The notes beneath the pieces are model-generated. The model saw only the letters and a list, made by a program, of their open reading frames with translations, did no database searches and was not told where the DNA came from. Made by a program: the position numbers and the translations under genes. Positions 27,904 through 38,733 of a DNA stretch of 64,000 bases are shown one piece after another. Every line of letters begins with the position of its first letter. The first letter of the stretch is position 1. Where the stretch lies: NCBI GenBank assembly GCA_024693775.1, contig JAILKL010000068.1, positions 12,938 through 76,937 on the forward strand. Reading direction: 5' to 3'. Source of the stretch: Pseudobutyrivibrio sp. Lineage in GTDB: Bacteria; Bacillota; Clostridia; Lachnospirales; Lachnospiraceae.

Positions 27904-29454
27904 ATGCAAGTTTTTCATGGAAAAATAATAACATGCGATGACAAGAATACAGTTGCTAATTATTTGGTGGAAAGAGAGGGTAGAATTGCCTACATTGGAG
28001 ATGAGCTGCCAGAACAATATGGAATTGTTCCACCGATAGAATTAGGCAAGAATGTTGTTATTCCAGCCTTTGTGGATTCTCACATGCATTATTCTGGCTT
28101 TTCGGTACTACACAAGCTATTTCCTATCAATGATACGGAGTCAAATGCCAAGATTCTTGAGAGTCTAAAGGAATATGCGGACAATAGCAGAGAGAATATT
28201 ATTGTGGGATTTGGAGCGTCTGAATATGCTGTTACAGAAGGTCATTTATTGCTTAGAGAGCAGCTCGACAATATATGCCCTGACAAGCCAATGTGCGTTA
28301 TAAAGCATGATGCACATTCTGGAGTTGTAAACACAGCATTTATAGAGCAAATCAAAGGTAAAGCCTGCACCCTTCGAGGCTACAATGAGCTTACAGGAGA
28401 GATGTCTCAGGAAGCATTTATGGTGGTTTCTGAGCTTATTTCAAAGGGATTATCCACAAGACGAGTTATTGAATCTATGGTGGAAAGTGCAGACTTCTTT
28501 GCCAGCAAGGGCATAGGCATGATTAATTCTTCCAGTGGACTTGGATTTATACGTGACTATGATTTTGACATGGAAAAATCAGTTGCCAAGGGACTAGATA
28601 ATGGCATGCAGGTGCGAGTATCTTATCAGACCAGCGATTTTCTTCGCTCATCAAAAAAGGATATGAGTCGTGTAGTATTTGCTAATTTGGATGGCAATTT
28701 CTCCAGCTTGGATGCGTCACTTTTAGATGATTATAATGTGGTAACAAATAAAGGTGTTTCATACTTTAATGATCAGGACGTAGAAAAATTCTGTATAGAG
28801 GCAAATAGGGCGGGATACCAGATAGCTCTTCATGCAGTTGGAGATGCAGCCTTTGACCAGGCAACAAGAGCACTTGCTACAGCCTTAGAGGATTATCCTA
28901 GATATAACCATAGACACATGATTTTATACGCTACACTGCCTACGGTTAGCGGTCTTAGAACCTGTGCTAAGTATGGAATTATGTTAGCGGTTCAGCCTAA
29001 TGGAATTACTCACATAGATGGAACCATAGAATTTTTCAATAAGATTATTGGAAAAGAAAGAGTTAGCAAGATTAATCCTCTACTTACAGCAAGTGAAATG
29101 GGAGTAAAGATTTGCTTCTGTTCAGGTGCACCACAGATTGATCCTAACCCAATTGAATGGATTGCAGCAGCCTGCAACAATCCAACCAGTGAGGAATCTA
29201 TTTCCGTTACTGATGCACTTCGAATGGCCACATTTTACGGGGCATATTCTTCGTTTGATGAAAATGAAAGAGGAACTCTTGAAATTGGAAAGAGCTGCGA
29301 TTTGGCAGTATTAGATGAGGATATCTATTCTGTAGATGTTAGTGAAATCAAAAATATAAATGTGGCTGAGCTGTATTTAAAGGGCAAAGCCTATGAGCGT
29401 TCTAGAACAGGCGCAATGGCCACAATGCTTAGGGGAATGTTCCCTCAAAACTAG
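27904..29454 (+). CDS. Amidohydrolase family 3 (YtcJ-like) protein, partly degenerate
   Basis: PAFVDSHMH, HAVGD, GTLEIGKSCDLAVLD. Confidence 0.75.
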   Translation: MQVFHGKIITCDDKNTVANYLVEREGRIAYIGDELPEQYGIVPPIELGKNVVIPAFVDSHMHYSGFSVLHKLFPINDTESNAKILESLKEYADNSRENIIVGFGASEYAVTEGHLLLREQLDNICPDKPMCVIKHDAHSGVVNTAFIEQIKGKACTLRGYNELTGEMSQEAFMVVSELISKGLSTRRVIESMVESADFFASKGIGMINSSSGLGFIRDYDFDMEKSVAKGLDNGMQVRVSYQTSDFLRSSKKDMSRVVFANLDGNFSSLDASLLDDYNVVTNKGVSYFNDQDVEKFCIEANRAGYQIALHAVGDAAFDQATRALATALEDYPRYNHRHMILYATLPTVSGLRTCAKYGIMLAVQPNGITHIDGTIEFFNKIIGKERVSKINPLLTASEMGVKICFCSGAPQIDPNPIEWIAAACNNPTSEESISVTDALRMATFYGAYSSFDENERGTLEIGKSCDLAVLDEDIYSVDVSEIKNINVAELYLKGKAYERSRTGAMATMLRGMFPQN

Positions 29455-29470
29455 TTTTAAGGTATAATAT

Positions 29471-29514
29471 AAAGCGATTGTATTTCTATGAAATGCAGTC
29501 GCTTTTATTTTTTT
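29471..29514 (+). terminator. Intrinsic terminator
   Basis: AAAGCGATTGTATTTC-tat-GAAATGCAGTCGCTTT+T run. Confidence 0.75.
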
Positions 29515-29528
29515 ATTAGGAGAATAAA

Positions 29529-32500
29529 ATGTCACTTTCATTAATCATTGGCAGTTCAGGTAGTGGTAAATCCACTCATATCTACAATCGTATTATCGAG
29601 GAGGCTATGGCTCACAAGGATAAAAATTATCTAGTCATTGTTCCAGAGCAGTACACCATGTCCACTCAGCGACTTCTTGTTGCTATGCATCCACATCACA
29701 GCATTATGAATATTGATGTCCTTTCCTTTAACAGATTGGCATATCGTATTTTCGAAGAGCTGGGAGTGGGAGTGCATTCAGTTCTTGACGATACAGGCAA
29801 ATCCCTGGTTATCAGAAAGCTTGTGGATGACAATATAGAAAAATTGGGTGCTCTTAGATCCAATATGACTCGTATTAGCTATATCACCCAGGTAAAGTCT
29901 TTGATTTCCGAAATGACACAGTATAATATTACTCCAGAAAAGCTTAAAGAGATGATAGCTCTTCCTATTATGTCTGAGAGCTTTAGGAGAAAGGCTTCAG
30001 ATTTATTGGTAATGTATGAGGCGTTTCTAGAATTTATTGATGGTAAATTCGTTACCACAGAATCTATTCTATCCACATTAAATACAGTGATTGATAGCTC
30101 TGAGATTGTAAATGGCTCCACTATTGTCTTAGATGGATTTACAGGTTTTACACCTATTCAGTATCAGCTAGTTGAGCATATGCTACAGCTATCAGACGAG
30201 GTGGCAGTTACAATCACTCAGGACATTTCTGTTCCTATTTTTGAGAAGGCACCAGATGATGCCTTGTTTGCCATGTCTTCAGAATTTGCTATAAAGATGT
30301 CTTTAATAGCAAAGCGAGCACAGGTTGAGATCAATGAGCCAGTGCTTATTGATGCAGGCAAGGGATGGCTGTCAAACAGTGCGGTTCTTTCTCATTTAGA
30401 GCAAAATATCTTTAGAGATAAATACAACAAATACAGGGGGGAGGCTTCTGCCAACGAGGCTATAGGAATTTATAGTCTTAGATCATTGCGTGACGAGCTT
30501 ACCTTTACAGCCATCCAAATCGAAAAGCTTATTAGAAATGGCTATCACTATAAGGACATAGCTATAGTCTGCCCAAATCTAGAAAGCTATAGATATTTGG
30601 TGGCAGGTATTTTTAGCGAGTATAAGATTCCATACTTTGTGGATGCCAAAACAGAGATATTATTCCATCCATTTGTGGAAGCAGTGGATGCTGTTTTTGA
30701 TATATTTGAAAATCAATTTAGGCGAGAGGATGTATTTAGATTTTTACGCTCTGGCCTGTGCAATATACCAGTTGAGGATATTGATTATTTGGAAAATTAT
30801 ATCCTTTCAACAGGCATAAAAGGAAAAAAGAAGTATTTCCACCCATTTGCGATTCGCTCAAATTCATATTCAGAGGATGCAGATTTACTTCGCGTAAATC
30901 AAATTAGAGAAGGCTTTATCGGTCCATTTATAAAGATGGACAAGGCTATAAAAAAGGACTCTAGCGTTAGAGAAATAGCTATGGCCTTATATGATCTTAT
31001 TATTTCATTTAATTGTGAGGCCCAGATAAAAACGCGACAGTTGATGCATGAGGAATTAGGACATGCAGTTGTGGCCAAGGAATATAGTCAGATATACACA
31101 GTTATCATGGATATATTAGACAAGATGGTAGGTATATTAGATGATGAGATTATTCCTTTAGAGCAATTCCATGAAATATACAAGGCAGGGCTTAGCGCAG
31201 CTTCCATTGGCGTTATCCCACCTGCAAATGACAGCGTCATCTTAGGTGATATTGAGCGTACTCGTTTATCAAATGTAAAGGTACTGTTTTGCCTAGGGGC
31301 CAGTGACGATGCCATACCTATGAAGGTGGAAAATGGCGGTATCCTGTCTCAGCTAGAAAGGGAACAGCTTTTAGATGCAGGCTTTGAGATGGCTCCATCT
31401 GATAGACAAAAGGCCTTTAGACAGAGATTTTATCTATACCTGATGCTGACAAAGCCATCAGAAAAGCTTTTTATTACCTATCCTAGAGTAGATGCAGCAG
31501 GAAAGGGGGTTAATAAATCCTATTTAGTAGATTTATTATTGCGTCTGTTCCCAGATTTAACAGTTAAGGAATTAGACGATTTTTCAGTTAGCGATAGGCT
31601 ATTATCCAACAAGAGCGCTTTAAATTATTTAATAGAGCTGATTAATACCATGGCCACTTATGGGGCGGATTCATTAAATGGTAGTCAGCAAGCTGATTTA
31701 CAAAAACTATTGGCATGGGCCAAAAATGATTCAAATATAGACCTTGATAAGATTATTGGAGCTGCTTTTTATGAACACAGGTCAGAGACAGTCTCTGAGG
31801 ATATTATGCTCGCTGTAAACGAAGCCTTCCACGAGGATGAAACAGTTAGTGGCTCTGTTTCCAAATTTGAGACCTATAGCGAATGTGCCTATAGATATTT
31901 TTTGACCTATATTCTTCGCTTAAAGGAGAGGGAGGAATTCCAATTATCCAGCATTGATATGGGAAATTTCTACCATGATGCTTTGGAAAGATACTCAAAC
32001 TCACTCAAGGAAGACAATTTAAAATGGAGCACCATTTCAGAAGAATTATCTGATGCCCATATTGAGGCAGCCATTGCTCAGACCTTTGAGTCCATGGCAA
32101 AGGTTGCTACCTTAGAGGATGCCACTCAAAAATATATTGTGGAAACCATGAAAAAAACTCTCAAATATACAATTACCGTAATTACGGAACAGGTAAAACG
32201 TGGAGAGTTTGAACCAGAACTATTTGAGGAAGGCGTTCGAACAGTCATAAGGGATTACGAATCTAAAGAGGTAGTTGCAAATCTAGTTGGAAAGGTAGAT
32301 AGAATCGATCTGACAGAGGGAAACGACAGGGCTGTTAGAATCATTGATTACAAATCCAGCGGTCACAAAATGGATTTAAATGAGTGCTATCACGGATTGT
32401 CCCTTCAGCTGCCTATATACATGGGTGTTGTCTTAGAAAAGCTAAAGGAAAAATATCCAAACGTTGCATTACATCCATCTGCAATGCTCTATTATGAAAC

Positions 32501-33002
32501 TGCAAATAAATTTCTAGAATTGGAAAATGGTGATGAAAGTGGTGTGGCTGAAAAGCGATTAAGGCTGAACAGAATGGAAGGCCTTCTATCTTCTGATGAG
32601 GATGATTTAAAGGCCAATGACGCCACTGTAGGCATCGAGGATGGGCAGAGCAAAAAGTCTTCTATTGTGCCATATTCGGTTAACAAGGATGGAGAAATTG
32701 ATAGAAATACAAACGCTGTTAGCAGAGATGATTTAGGCGTGGTTATAGACTATGCATATCTTACTGCGGCAAATATTGCAAAGGATATTATAGATGGAAA
32801 ATTTGATTGCTCACCTGCACGCTTAGGAAACATAGACGCCTGCAGATATTGCGATTTTAAGAGCGTATGTCATTTCGATGAGACAAAGGATGGCTTTGTT
32901 GCTAGAGACTTAGACAAGCTTGGTAGCAGAGAAGATATCATAGAAAAAATGAAAGAATCTCTTGAAGAGAGTAAAGGAGATATAGATAGTGGGGCTCACT
33001 AA
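29529..33002 (+). CDS. addB: ATP-dependent helicase/nuclease subunit B
   Basis: GSSGSGKS, VPEQ, LDGF, GKVDRID, IIDYKS; Fe-S Cys in CAY and CRYCDFKSVC. Confidence 0.93.
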   Translation: MSLSLIIGSSGSGKSTHIYNRIIEEAMAHKDKNYLVIVPEQYTMSTQRLLVAMHPHHSIMNIDVLSFNRLAYRIFEELGVGVHSVLDDTGKSLVIRKLVDDNIEKLGALRSNMTRISYITQVKSLISEMTQYNITPEKLKEMIALPIMSESFRRKASDLLVMYEAFLEFIDGKFVTTESILSTLNTVIDSSEIVNGSTIVLDGFTGFTPIQYQLVEHMLQLSDEVAVTITQDISVPIFEKAPDDALFAMSSEFAIKMSLIAKRAQVEINEPVLIDAGKGWLSNSAVLSHLEQNIFRDKYNKYRGEASANEAIGIYSLRSLRDELTFTAIQIEKLIRNGYHYKDIAIVCPNLESYRYLVAGIFSEYKIPYFVDAKTEILFHPFVEAVDAVFDIFENQFRREDVFRFLRSGLCNIPVEDIDYLENYILSTGIKGKKKYFHPFAIRSNSYSEDADLLRVNQIREGFIGPFIKMDKAIKKDSSVREIAMALYDLIISFNCEAQIKTRQLMHEELGHAVVAKEYSQIYTVIMDILDKMVGILDDEIIPLEQFHEIYKAGLSAASIGVIPPANDSVILGDIERTRLSNVKVLFCLGASDDAIPMKVENGGILSQLEREQLLDAGFEMAPSDRQKAFRQRFYLYLMLTKPSEKLFITYPRVDAAGKGVNKSYLVDLLLRLFPDLTVKELDDFSVSDRLLSNKSALNYLIELINTMATYGADSLNGSQQADLQKLLAWAKNDSNIDLDKIIGAAFYEHRSETVSEDIMLAVNEAFHEDETVSGSVSKFETYSECAYRYFLTYILRLKEREEFQLSSIDMGNFYHDALERYSNSLKEDNLKWSTISEELSDAHIEAAIAQTFESMAKVATLEDATQKYIVETMKKTLKYTITVITEQVKRGEFEPELFEEGVRTVIRDYESKEVVANLVGKVDRIDLTEGNDRAVRIIDYKSSGHKMDLNECYHGLSLQLPIYMGVVLEKLKEKYPNVALHPSAMLYYETANKFLELENGDESGVAEKRLRLNRMEGLLSSDEDDLKANDATVGIEDGQSKKSSIVPYSVNKDGEIDRNTNAVSRDDLGVVIDYAYLTAANIAKDIIDGKFDCSPARLGNIDACRYCDFKSVCHFDETKDGFVARDLDKLGSREDIIEKMKESLEESKGDIDSGAH

Positions 33003-36000
33003 AGAACAAACCTTAGTACGTGATACAAGAAACAAAAATATGCTTGTAAGTGCAGCAGCCGGTTCTGGAAAGACCTATGTTCTTGTACAGCGTATTATCA
33101 CAGAAATTCTCGACAAAGAAAACGGAATAGATGTAGATAGAATCTTAGTGGTTACCTTTACCAATGCAGCAGCTGCAGAGATGAAGGACAGAATCAGAAA
33201 AGCCATAGATGATGCGGTGGTGGAAAATATATCGGATTCACGTATTCGTACCCAGGCCACATTGATTCACAATGCTCATATTCGTACCATAGACAGCTTC
33301 TGTAATTGGGTTGTAAAAAACTATTTCTATGAAATAGACCAGGACCCAGGCTTTAGAATAGGCACCTCAGGTGAAATGAAGATGCTAGAGGATGAGGTGT
33401 TCTCAGATTTATTAGGCCAAAAATTAGAAGAGGCTGATGAGGATTTTATGCTCTTAGCAGATGCTTATATCAGTGGTCGAAACACTTCAAAGCTAGCAAA
33501 TCTAGTCTTTGAATTACACGACAAGGCATCCAGCTTTCCATGGGTAAATGAATGGTATGACCAGGCATTAAAGCTATATGATTATGATTCTATAGATGAG
33601 ATGGAGTCTTCATTATTTATAGATGAATTGCTCACTCTATCCAATAAAATAATCGATAATTTAATAGAGAGATTACGACCATTAGTAAAATTATATGATG
33701 AGGATTGTGGATCAAAGGATAAGACAATCTTTTCTAATGAGCTGGTGATGATGTGCAGCTTGCGAGATGCCAACACCTACACTGATAAAAGAGCCATTCT
33801 TCAGGGCATGACCTTTGATAGATTTGCATCAAAGGGAACCTGCTTAAATGAGGACGAACTGGCTAAGGCCAAGGAGCTTAGAGACTTATATAAATCGGAA
33901 TTAAAAACTCTCAAGGAGAGCTACTATAATCTTGATTTAGAAGAGCTTTTTGACTGTATGATGTTTGTAAAGCGTCAGGCCACAGCCCTTATTAGCTTAT
34001 CAAAGGATTACGCCAAGAATTTATCAGAAACAAAAGCAAAAAAGAATATCTTTAACTTTAATGATATAGAGCATATGGCTCTTGAGATTCTTAGAAATAA
34101 AGACTCTAAGGAGCACGAAAAAAGACCCGTCGCAATAGAGCTTACCAATCATTTTAAAGAGGTGATGGTAGATGAATATCAGGATTCAAATGAGCTTCAG
34201 GAGCAGATTCTTACTGCCATTTCAAACGGCAGCAATTATTTTACTGTAGGTGATGTAAAGCAGTCTATTTATGCTTTTAGACAGGCGGACCCACAGCTGT
34301 TTATTGATAAGCTTAATACTTATCCTATGGATGATAGCTCAAACAGTATTCGCATTGATCTGGACAAAAACTTCCGTAGTAGAAAACAGGTGCTAGAGTT
34401 TTGTAACCAGGTATTTGCGCCTATGATGCAGGCGGATATGGGTGGTGTCTCCTATGATGAAAAGGCAGCCCTAAAGGTTGGAGATGAGACCTTTAAGGGC
34501 GACGAAAATGATTATGTTTCAGAGCTACTTATAGCCGAAGAGGATTCTGATGCAATGGCAGAGCTTGGCCTGTCAAATAATGATGAGCTAGAAGCCAACA
34601 TGGTGGCAGCAGAGATATCAAAGCTCATGTCCACAGACTATATGATTAGTGCAAAGGGCGAATCAGGAGAAAGAGAGCTACGCCCACTTCGTTTATCCGA
34701 TATTGTTATTATCATGCGAGCTACTACTGGGCATGCAGATGTTTTTATTAATGTATTAAAATCCAAAGGCATCGCTGCTTATGTGGCTGAGGAAAAGGGC
34801 TTCTTTGATAGGGAGGAAATCGAAACGGTTTTATCAATGCTACAGGTTATTGATAATCCATTTAACGATATTCCACTTGCAGCAGTTTTGCACTCGCCTA
34901 TGTTCGGCTTTACCTCAGAGGAGCTGGCAAAAATAAAGGCATCTTATAAGGATGAATCCCTTTATGCATCAATTACTAAATATCATGAGGAAAACACCGG
35001 CTCTAAAAAGTTAAATAGATTCTTTGAATTGCTAAATCAGTTTAGAGACCAGGTAATGGATACACCTATTCATGAGATGATAGAAAACGTACTAAAGGAT
35101 ACTGGATATGGTATATACGTTAGTGCATTGCCTCAGGGAAAGGGCTGCACAGCAAACCTGGATAAATTGATTGATGAAGCAGTCAATTTTGAGAGCACCA
35201 GCTACAAGGGACTCTCTAGATTTGTTAGATATATAGAAGGACTCAGAACCTATGATGAGGATTTAGGCCTGGCCAAAACTGTCAGCGAAAGCGATGATGC
35301 AGTTCGAATTATGACAATTCATAAAAGTAAGGGACTTGAGTTTCCTATTGTATTTGTCAGTGGTTGTGGCAGGGGAATTCAAAAGGAAAATGGTGCCTAC
35401 TATTATGATAAAAAATTAGGACTGGCTTTAAATTATCTTAATCCAAATACTAGAATTACTTACAAGACTCCATTTAGTAATGTAGTTAGAGCAAGACTAA
35501 ATGCTGACTCAAAGGGAGAATACCTTAGAATTTTATATGTTGCCCTTACAAGAGCAGTGGACAAGCTATATATAACTGGCTGTATCAAGCCTACCAAGGA
35601 CAAATCCTGTGCAGATATAGTCGAGTCCTATTCGGCCAATTCCAGTGTTTTAGATTATTTATCAAAGGCCAATTCAAACTCCAGCTTAGAGCTAATTATT
35701 CGCTCTTTAAATGCCTCAGGAGTTTCCTTTAAAAAGCATATTTATACCTGCCAGGAATTATTTACCCAGGAGGTAAAGGATGAGATTCTTCGCCAGCACG
35801 CAAAGCTTTTAATAGATGATATGCTAAAAAATATAGATGACAATGCTGGAGAAGATATTCATAACAATTTAAACTTCGAATACGAAGGCCTATCAGACAG
35901 CAGCTATAAGAGCAAGTACTCTGTATCAGAGATAAAGCATCAGGCCATGGAGGATGCCTTTGGCTTTAATCAGGATGCAGCCCCTGCCTTTGTGTTTCAT

Positions 36001-36603
36001 GAGGAAGAGGCATATGTTCCAGCCTTTATGCGTTCCGTAAATACGGATGAGAATCATGAAGTAAATGCAGTGCCAGCAGGTGCATTATACGGAACAGCCA
36101 TGCACAGATTTATGGAATGCTTTGATTTTACAGAGGATGATTATAAAAATTCCTTTAAGTCTCAATTAGAATATATGACCAGCACTGGTGCCATGCCTCC
36201 TGAGGAAAATGCCTTGATAAATCATCGAAAGCTAGGTACATTTATTTCCAGCGACATAGCAAATAGGATGCACAAGGCTGCCTTAAACGGAAAGCTTTTC
36301 AAGGAAAAACCATTTGTATTTGGTGCAACAGCCAAGGATTTATTTGATGACAACAATGATTCTGGTGAAATGATTTTAGTCCAGGGTATTATTGATGTAT
36401 TCTTTGAGGAAGAGGATGGCCTAGTACTTTTGGATTACAAGACAGATAGAGTGGACGAAGCATCAGAGTTAGTGGTAAGATATGAAAAGCAATTACAGCT
36501 ATATAAAGATGCAATAGAAAAGGCATATAATACTCCAGTAAAGGACGTTATTATTTATTCCTTTAGCTTAGATAAGGAGATTACATTATGTATGACAAAT
36601 TAA
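32989..36603 (+). CDS. addA: ATP-dependent helicase/nuclease subunit A
   Basis: SAAAGSGKT, TFTNAAA, VDEYQD, MTIHKSKGLEF, QGIID, LDYKTD. Confidence 0.95.
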   Translation: MGLTKEQTLVRDTRNKNMLVSAAAGSGKTYVLVQRIITEILDKENGIDVDRILVVTFTNAAAAEMKDRIRKAIDDAVVENISDSRIRTQATLIHNAHIRTIDSFCNWVVKNYFYEIDQDPGFRIGTSGEMKMLEDEVFSDLLGQKLEEADEDFMLLADAYISGRNTSKLANLVFELHDKASSFPWVNEWYDQALKLYDYDSIDEMESSLFIDELLTLSNKIIDNLIERLRPLVKLYDEDCGSKDKTIFSNELVMMCSLRDANTYTDKRAILQGMTFDRFASKGTCLNEDELAKAKELRDLYKSELKTLKESYYNLDLEELFDCMMFVKRQATALISLSKDYAKNLSETKAKKNIFNFNDIEHMALEILRNKDSKEHEKRPVAIELTNHFKEVMVDEYQDSNELQEQILTAISNGSNYFTVGDVKQSIYAFRQADPQLFIDKLNTYPMDDSSNSIRIDLDKNFRSRKQVLEFCNQVFAPMMQADMGGVSYDEKAALKVGDETFKGDENDYVSELLIAEEDSDAMAELGLSNNDELEANMVAAEISKLMSTDYMISAKGESGERELRPLRLSDIVIIMRATTGHADVFINVLKSKGIAAYVAEEKGFFDREEIETVLSMLQVIDNPFNDIPLAAVLHSPMFGFTSEELAKIKASYKDESLYASITKYHEENTGSKKLNRFFELLNQFRDQVMDTPIHEMIENVLKDTGYGIYVSALPQGKGCTANLDKLIDEAVNFESTSYKGLSRFVRYIEGLRTYDEDLGLAKTVSESDDAVRIMTIHKSKGLEFPIVFVSGCGRGIQKENGAYYYDKKLGLALNYLNPNTRITYKTPFSNVVRARLNADSKGEYLRILYVALTRAVDKLYITGCIKPTKDKSCADIVESYSANSSVLDYLSKANSNSSLELIIRSLNASGVSFKKHIYTCQELFTQEVKDEILRQHAKLLIDDMLKNIDDNAGEDIHNNLNFEYEGLSDSSYKSKYSVSEIKHQAMEDAFGFNQDAAPAFVFHEEEAYVPAFMRSVNTDENHEVNAVPAGALYGTAMHRFMECFDFTEDDYKNSFKSQLEYMTSTGAMPPEENALINHRKLGTFISSDIANRMHKAALNGKLFKEKPFVFGATAKDLFDDNNDSGEMILVQGIIDVFFEEEDGLVLLDYKTDRVDEASELVVRYEKQLQLYKDAIEKAYNTPVKDVIIYSFSLDKEITLCMTN

Positions 36604-36842
36604 CAGTCGAAACATTCCTTAAAAATCAATTACAGCTTTTCCCAGAAAGGGTTGTAGAGGATTATGAGGAGGCCTCTGAGTTTTTAGAGGATGTATGTGC
36701 AGTTGTCTGCAAAAATAAAAAAGAGGTTATTGAATATCTCGAGGATGCTATGGATACCACTGGTATGGATGAATCAGAAATTCTCTCATCTGAGGAAGTT
36801 TTTGCTTTAAGCGATGGTAGATATTTAATAGTTGAGGGATAG
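36588..36842 (+). CDS. Small acidic conserved hypothetical protein
   Basis: RBS AAGGAG, overlaps the addA 3' end, ends DGRYLIVEG. Confidence 0.7.
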   Translation: MYDKLTVETFLKNQLQLFPERVVEDYEEASEFLEDVCAVVCKNKKEVIEYLEDAMDTTGMDESEILSSEEVFALSDGRYLIVEG

Positions 36843-36844
36843 AA

Positions 36845-37843
36845 ATGAAGTTATTTAAAAAAGTTATATCGATGGCCTTGGCTTGTGTGATTTCACTTTC
36901 ATTTATGGGCTGCGAAATCAATGACAAGGTTGTATATTTTGACACCTCTAGCGGTAGAAATACAGTATTCAAAATTGGAGATATGAAATGCTCCAAAAAA
37001 GAAGCTTTGGTATATTTGCTTAATGCAAAAAACATTTATGGTACTGTAGACGGTGTCAACCTATGGACCAGTGAGTTTGATACAGACACCATTACAGGTA
37101 GCTTAAAGGATTCTGTAATGGAGCATTTAACAAAGGTATACATTCTTAATCTATATGCACAGGAGCAGGAAATAGAGCTTACTGACAAGGAAAACGAAGC
37201 CTGTGAGGATGCAGCAGCAGAGTATTACAAGTCATTAAATAGCACTGAAAAATCATTTACAGGTGCTCGCAAAAAAGATATTACAGCCATGTATAAAAGA
37301 TACGCTTTGGCTCAAAAGGTATATACGAATTTAATGAATTCAGTTGACGAGGAAGTTTCCGAGGACGAGGCTAGAGTCATGGAAGCATTTGTTTTGTACG
37401 TCAAGGATGAATCAAAGGCAAATGAAATTCAGGGCATGATTGATTATGGATATACCTTTGAAAGACTGGCTGCCACCTATACAGAGCTTGATTCATACCA
37501 GGTTACATTTGGTAGAAATGAATATCCTCAAGAGGTGGATGATGTAGTATTCAATCTTGATACTGATGAGGTATCTGGAGCCATTGCAGCAGACGGAGGA
37601 TATTATTTCTTCCAGTGCTTGGACAAATACAACGAGCAGCTTTCAGAAGAAAACAAAACAGTCATTATTAATAACAGAAGAAAGCAGGTGCTTGAGGATA
37701 TTATTTCTGATTTAGAGGAAAGATATTTCTCTGATATGAATACAGAGCTTTGGGATTCTATTTCTATCCCAAATGATGATGCAGATGAACTAACTAGTGG
37801 AACATTTTTTTCAACATTAAATGAACACTATAGTGCTAAATAG
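36845..37843 (+). CDS. PrsA/SurA-like peptidyl-prolyl isomerase lipoprotein
   Basis: Lipobox FMGC; SurA-N-like helical region; degenerate parvulin FERLAATY...VFNL...GYYF. Confidence 0.7.
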   Translation: MKLFKKVISMALACVISLSFMGCEINDKVVYFDTSSGRNTVFKIGDMKCSKKEALVYLLNAKNIYGTVDGVNLWTSEFDTDTITGSLKDSVMEHLTKVYILNLYAQEQEIELTDKENEACEDAAAEYYKSLNSTEKSFTGARKKDITAMYKRYALAQKVYTNLMNSVDEEVSEDEARVMEAFVLYVKDESKANEIQGMIDYGYTFERLAATYTELDSYQVTFGRNEYPQEVDDVVFNLDTDEVSGAIAADGGYYFFQCLDKYNEQLSEENKTVIINNRRKQVLEDIISDLEERYFSDMNTELWDSISIPNDDADELTSGTFFSTLNEHYSAK

Positions 37844-37844
37844 T

Positions 37845-37879
37845 AAAAAGCGAATTCGTATTTACGGATTCGCTTTTTT
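37845..37879 (+). terminator. Intrinsic terminator
   Basis: AAAAAGCGAATTCGTA-tt-TACGGATTCGCTTTTT. Confidence 0.8.
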
Positions 37880-38107
37880 ATTTATTGATAAAAAATAGGT
37901 TTAAAGAGTACACAAATTGAAGCAAAATAATTGAATAGTTTGATATGAATGTAATTTTTCAATAAAAATGAAATGATATTACAAAAATTATTGTAAATTA
38001 GGTAGAAAATTGCAACAATATACTAGTAATTCAAAACATGATTGACTATAATAACTATTAATAAAAATAAAAAATAATTTGCATCTCAAAATAGGAGGGT
38101 GAAAAAA

Positions 38108-38554
38108 ATGGTTACTAATGCAAAGGTTACAGTTGGTGATGTAAAAAAAGCAGCTGCCAACGCTAGTACAACAGTTAAGGCTGCTGCCGCAACAGCAACA
38201 GAGGTGTCAAAGAAAGCTGCAACAGAAGTAAAGAAGGAAGCAGCAGTTGCAAAGAAGACAGCTACTAAGGCAAAGGCAACAGCAACAAAGAAAGCTACAG
38301 CTGCAAAGAAGACAGCTACAAAGACTGTTAAGAAAGCAGCAGCAAAAGCAAAGAATGATATTCCAACTACAGCAGTAGTTCAGTATCAGGGATTAGAATT
38401 TTCAGAGGCAGATTGTTTAAAGAAAGCTAAGGCAGCTTTCAAGAAAGACTACAAGGGTAAGACACTTGAGGAGCTTAATATTTATATTAAGCCAGAAGAG
38501 CACAAGATTTATTATGTTGCTAATAAGGATTGTGTTGGTTCAGTTGAGCTTTAA
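38108..38554 (+). CDS. Lys/Ala-rich basic protein with DUF6465-like C-terminal domain
   Basis: KKAAT/AKKTA repeats; C-terminal IYIKPEExKIYYVAN; ATG after GGAGG. Confidence 0.75.
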   Translation: MVTNAKVTVGDVKKAAANASTTVKAAAATATEVSKKAATEVKKEAAVAKKTATKAKATATKKATAAKKTATKTVKKAAAKAKNDIPTTAVVQYQGLEFSEADCLKKAKAAFKKDYKGKTLEELNIYIKPEEHKIYYVANKDCVGSVEL

Positions 38555-38566
38555 TAATGAGAGAGA

Positions 38567-38598
38567 AAGGACTTGTTGTTTGAAGCAGGTCCTTTTTT
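38567..38598 (+). terminator. Intrinsic terminator
   Basis: AAGGACTTGTT...AGCAGGTCCTT+T run. Confidence 0.7.
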
Positions 38599-38610
38599 AT
38601 TGCTCATATA

Positions 38611-38626
38611 TGTCAATCGAGTAACA
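38611..38626. promoter_or_regulatory. LacI-family (ScrR-like) operator, auxiliary
   Basis: TGTCAATCGAGTAACA, imperfect palindrome with central CG. Confidence 0.6.
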
Positions 38627-38733
38627 TATTTTTAATTTCTTTACAATCCCCTTTATATTGTGATTTTCAACAAAATAAGAGAAGAGTATTTTCACTCAAT
38701 TCACAAAATGTTCACTTAAAGTAAAATATTATA

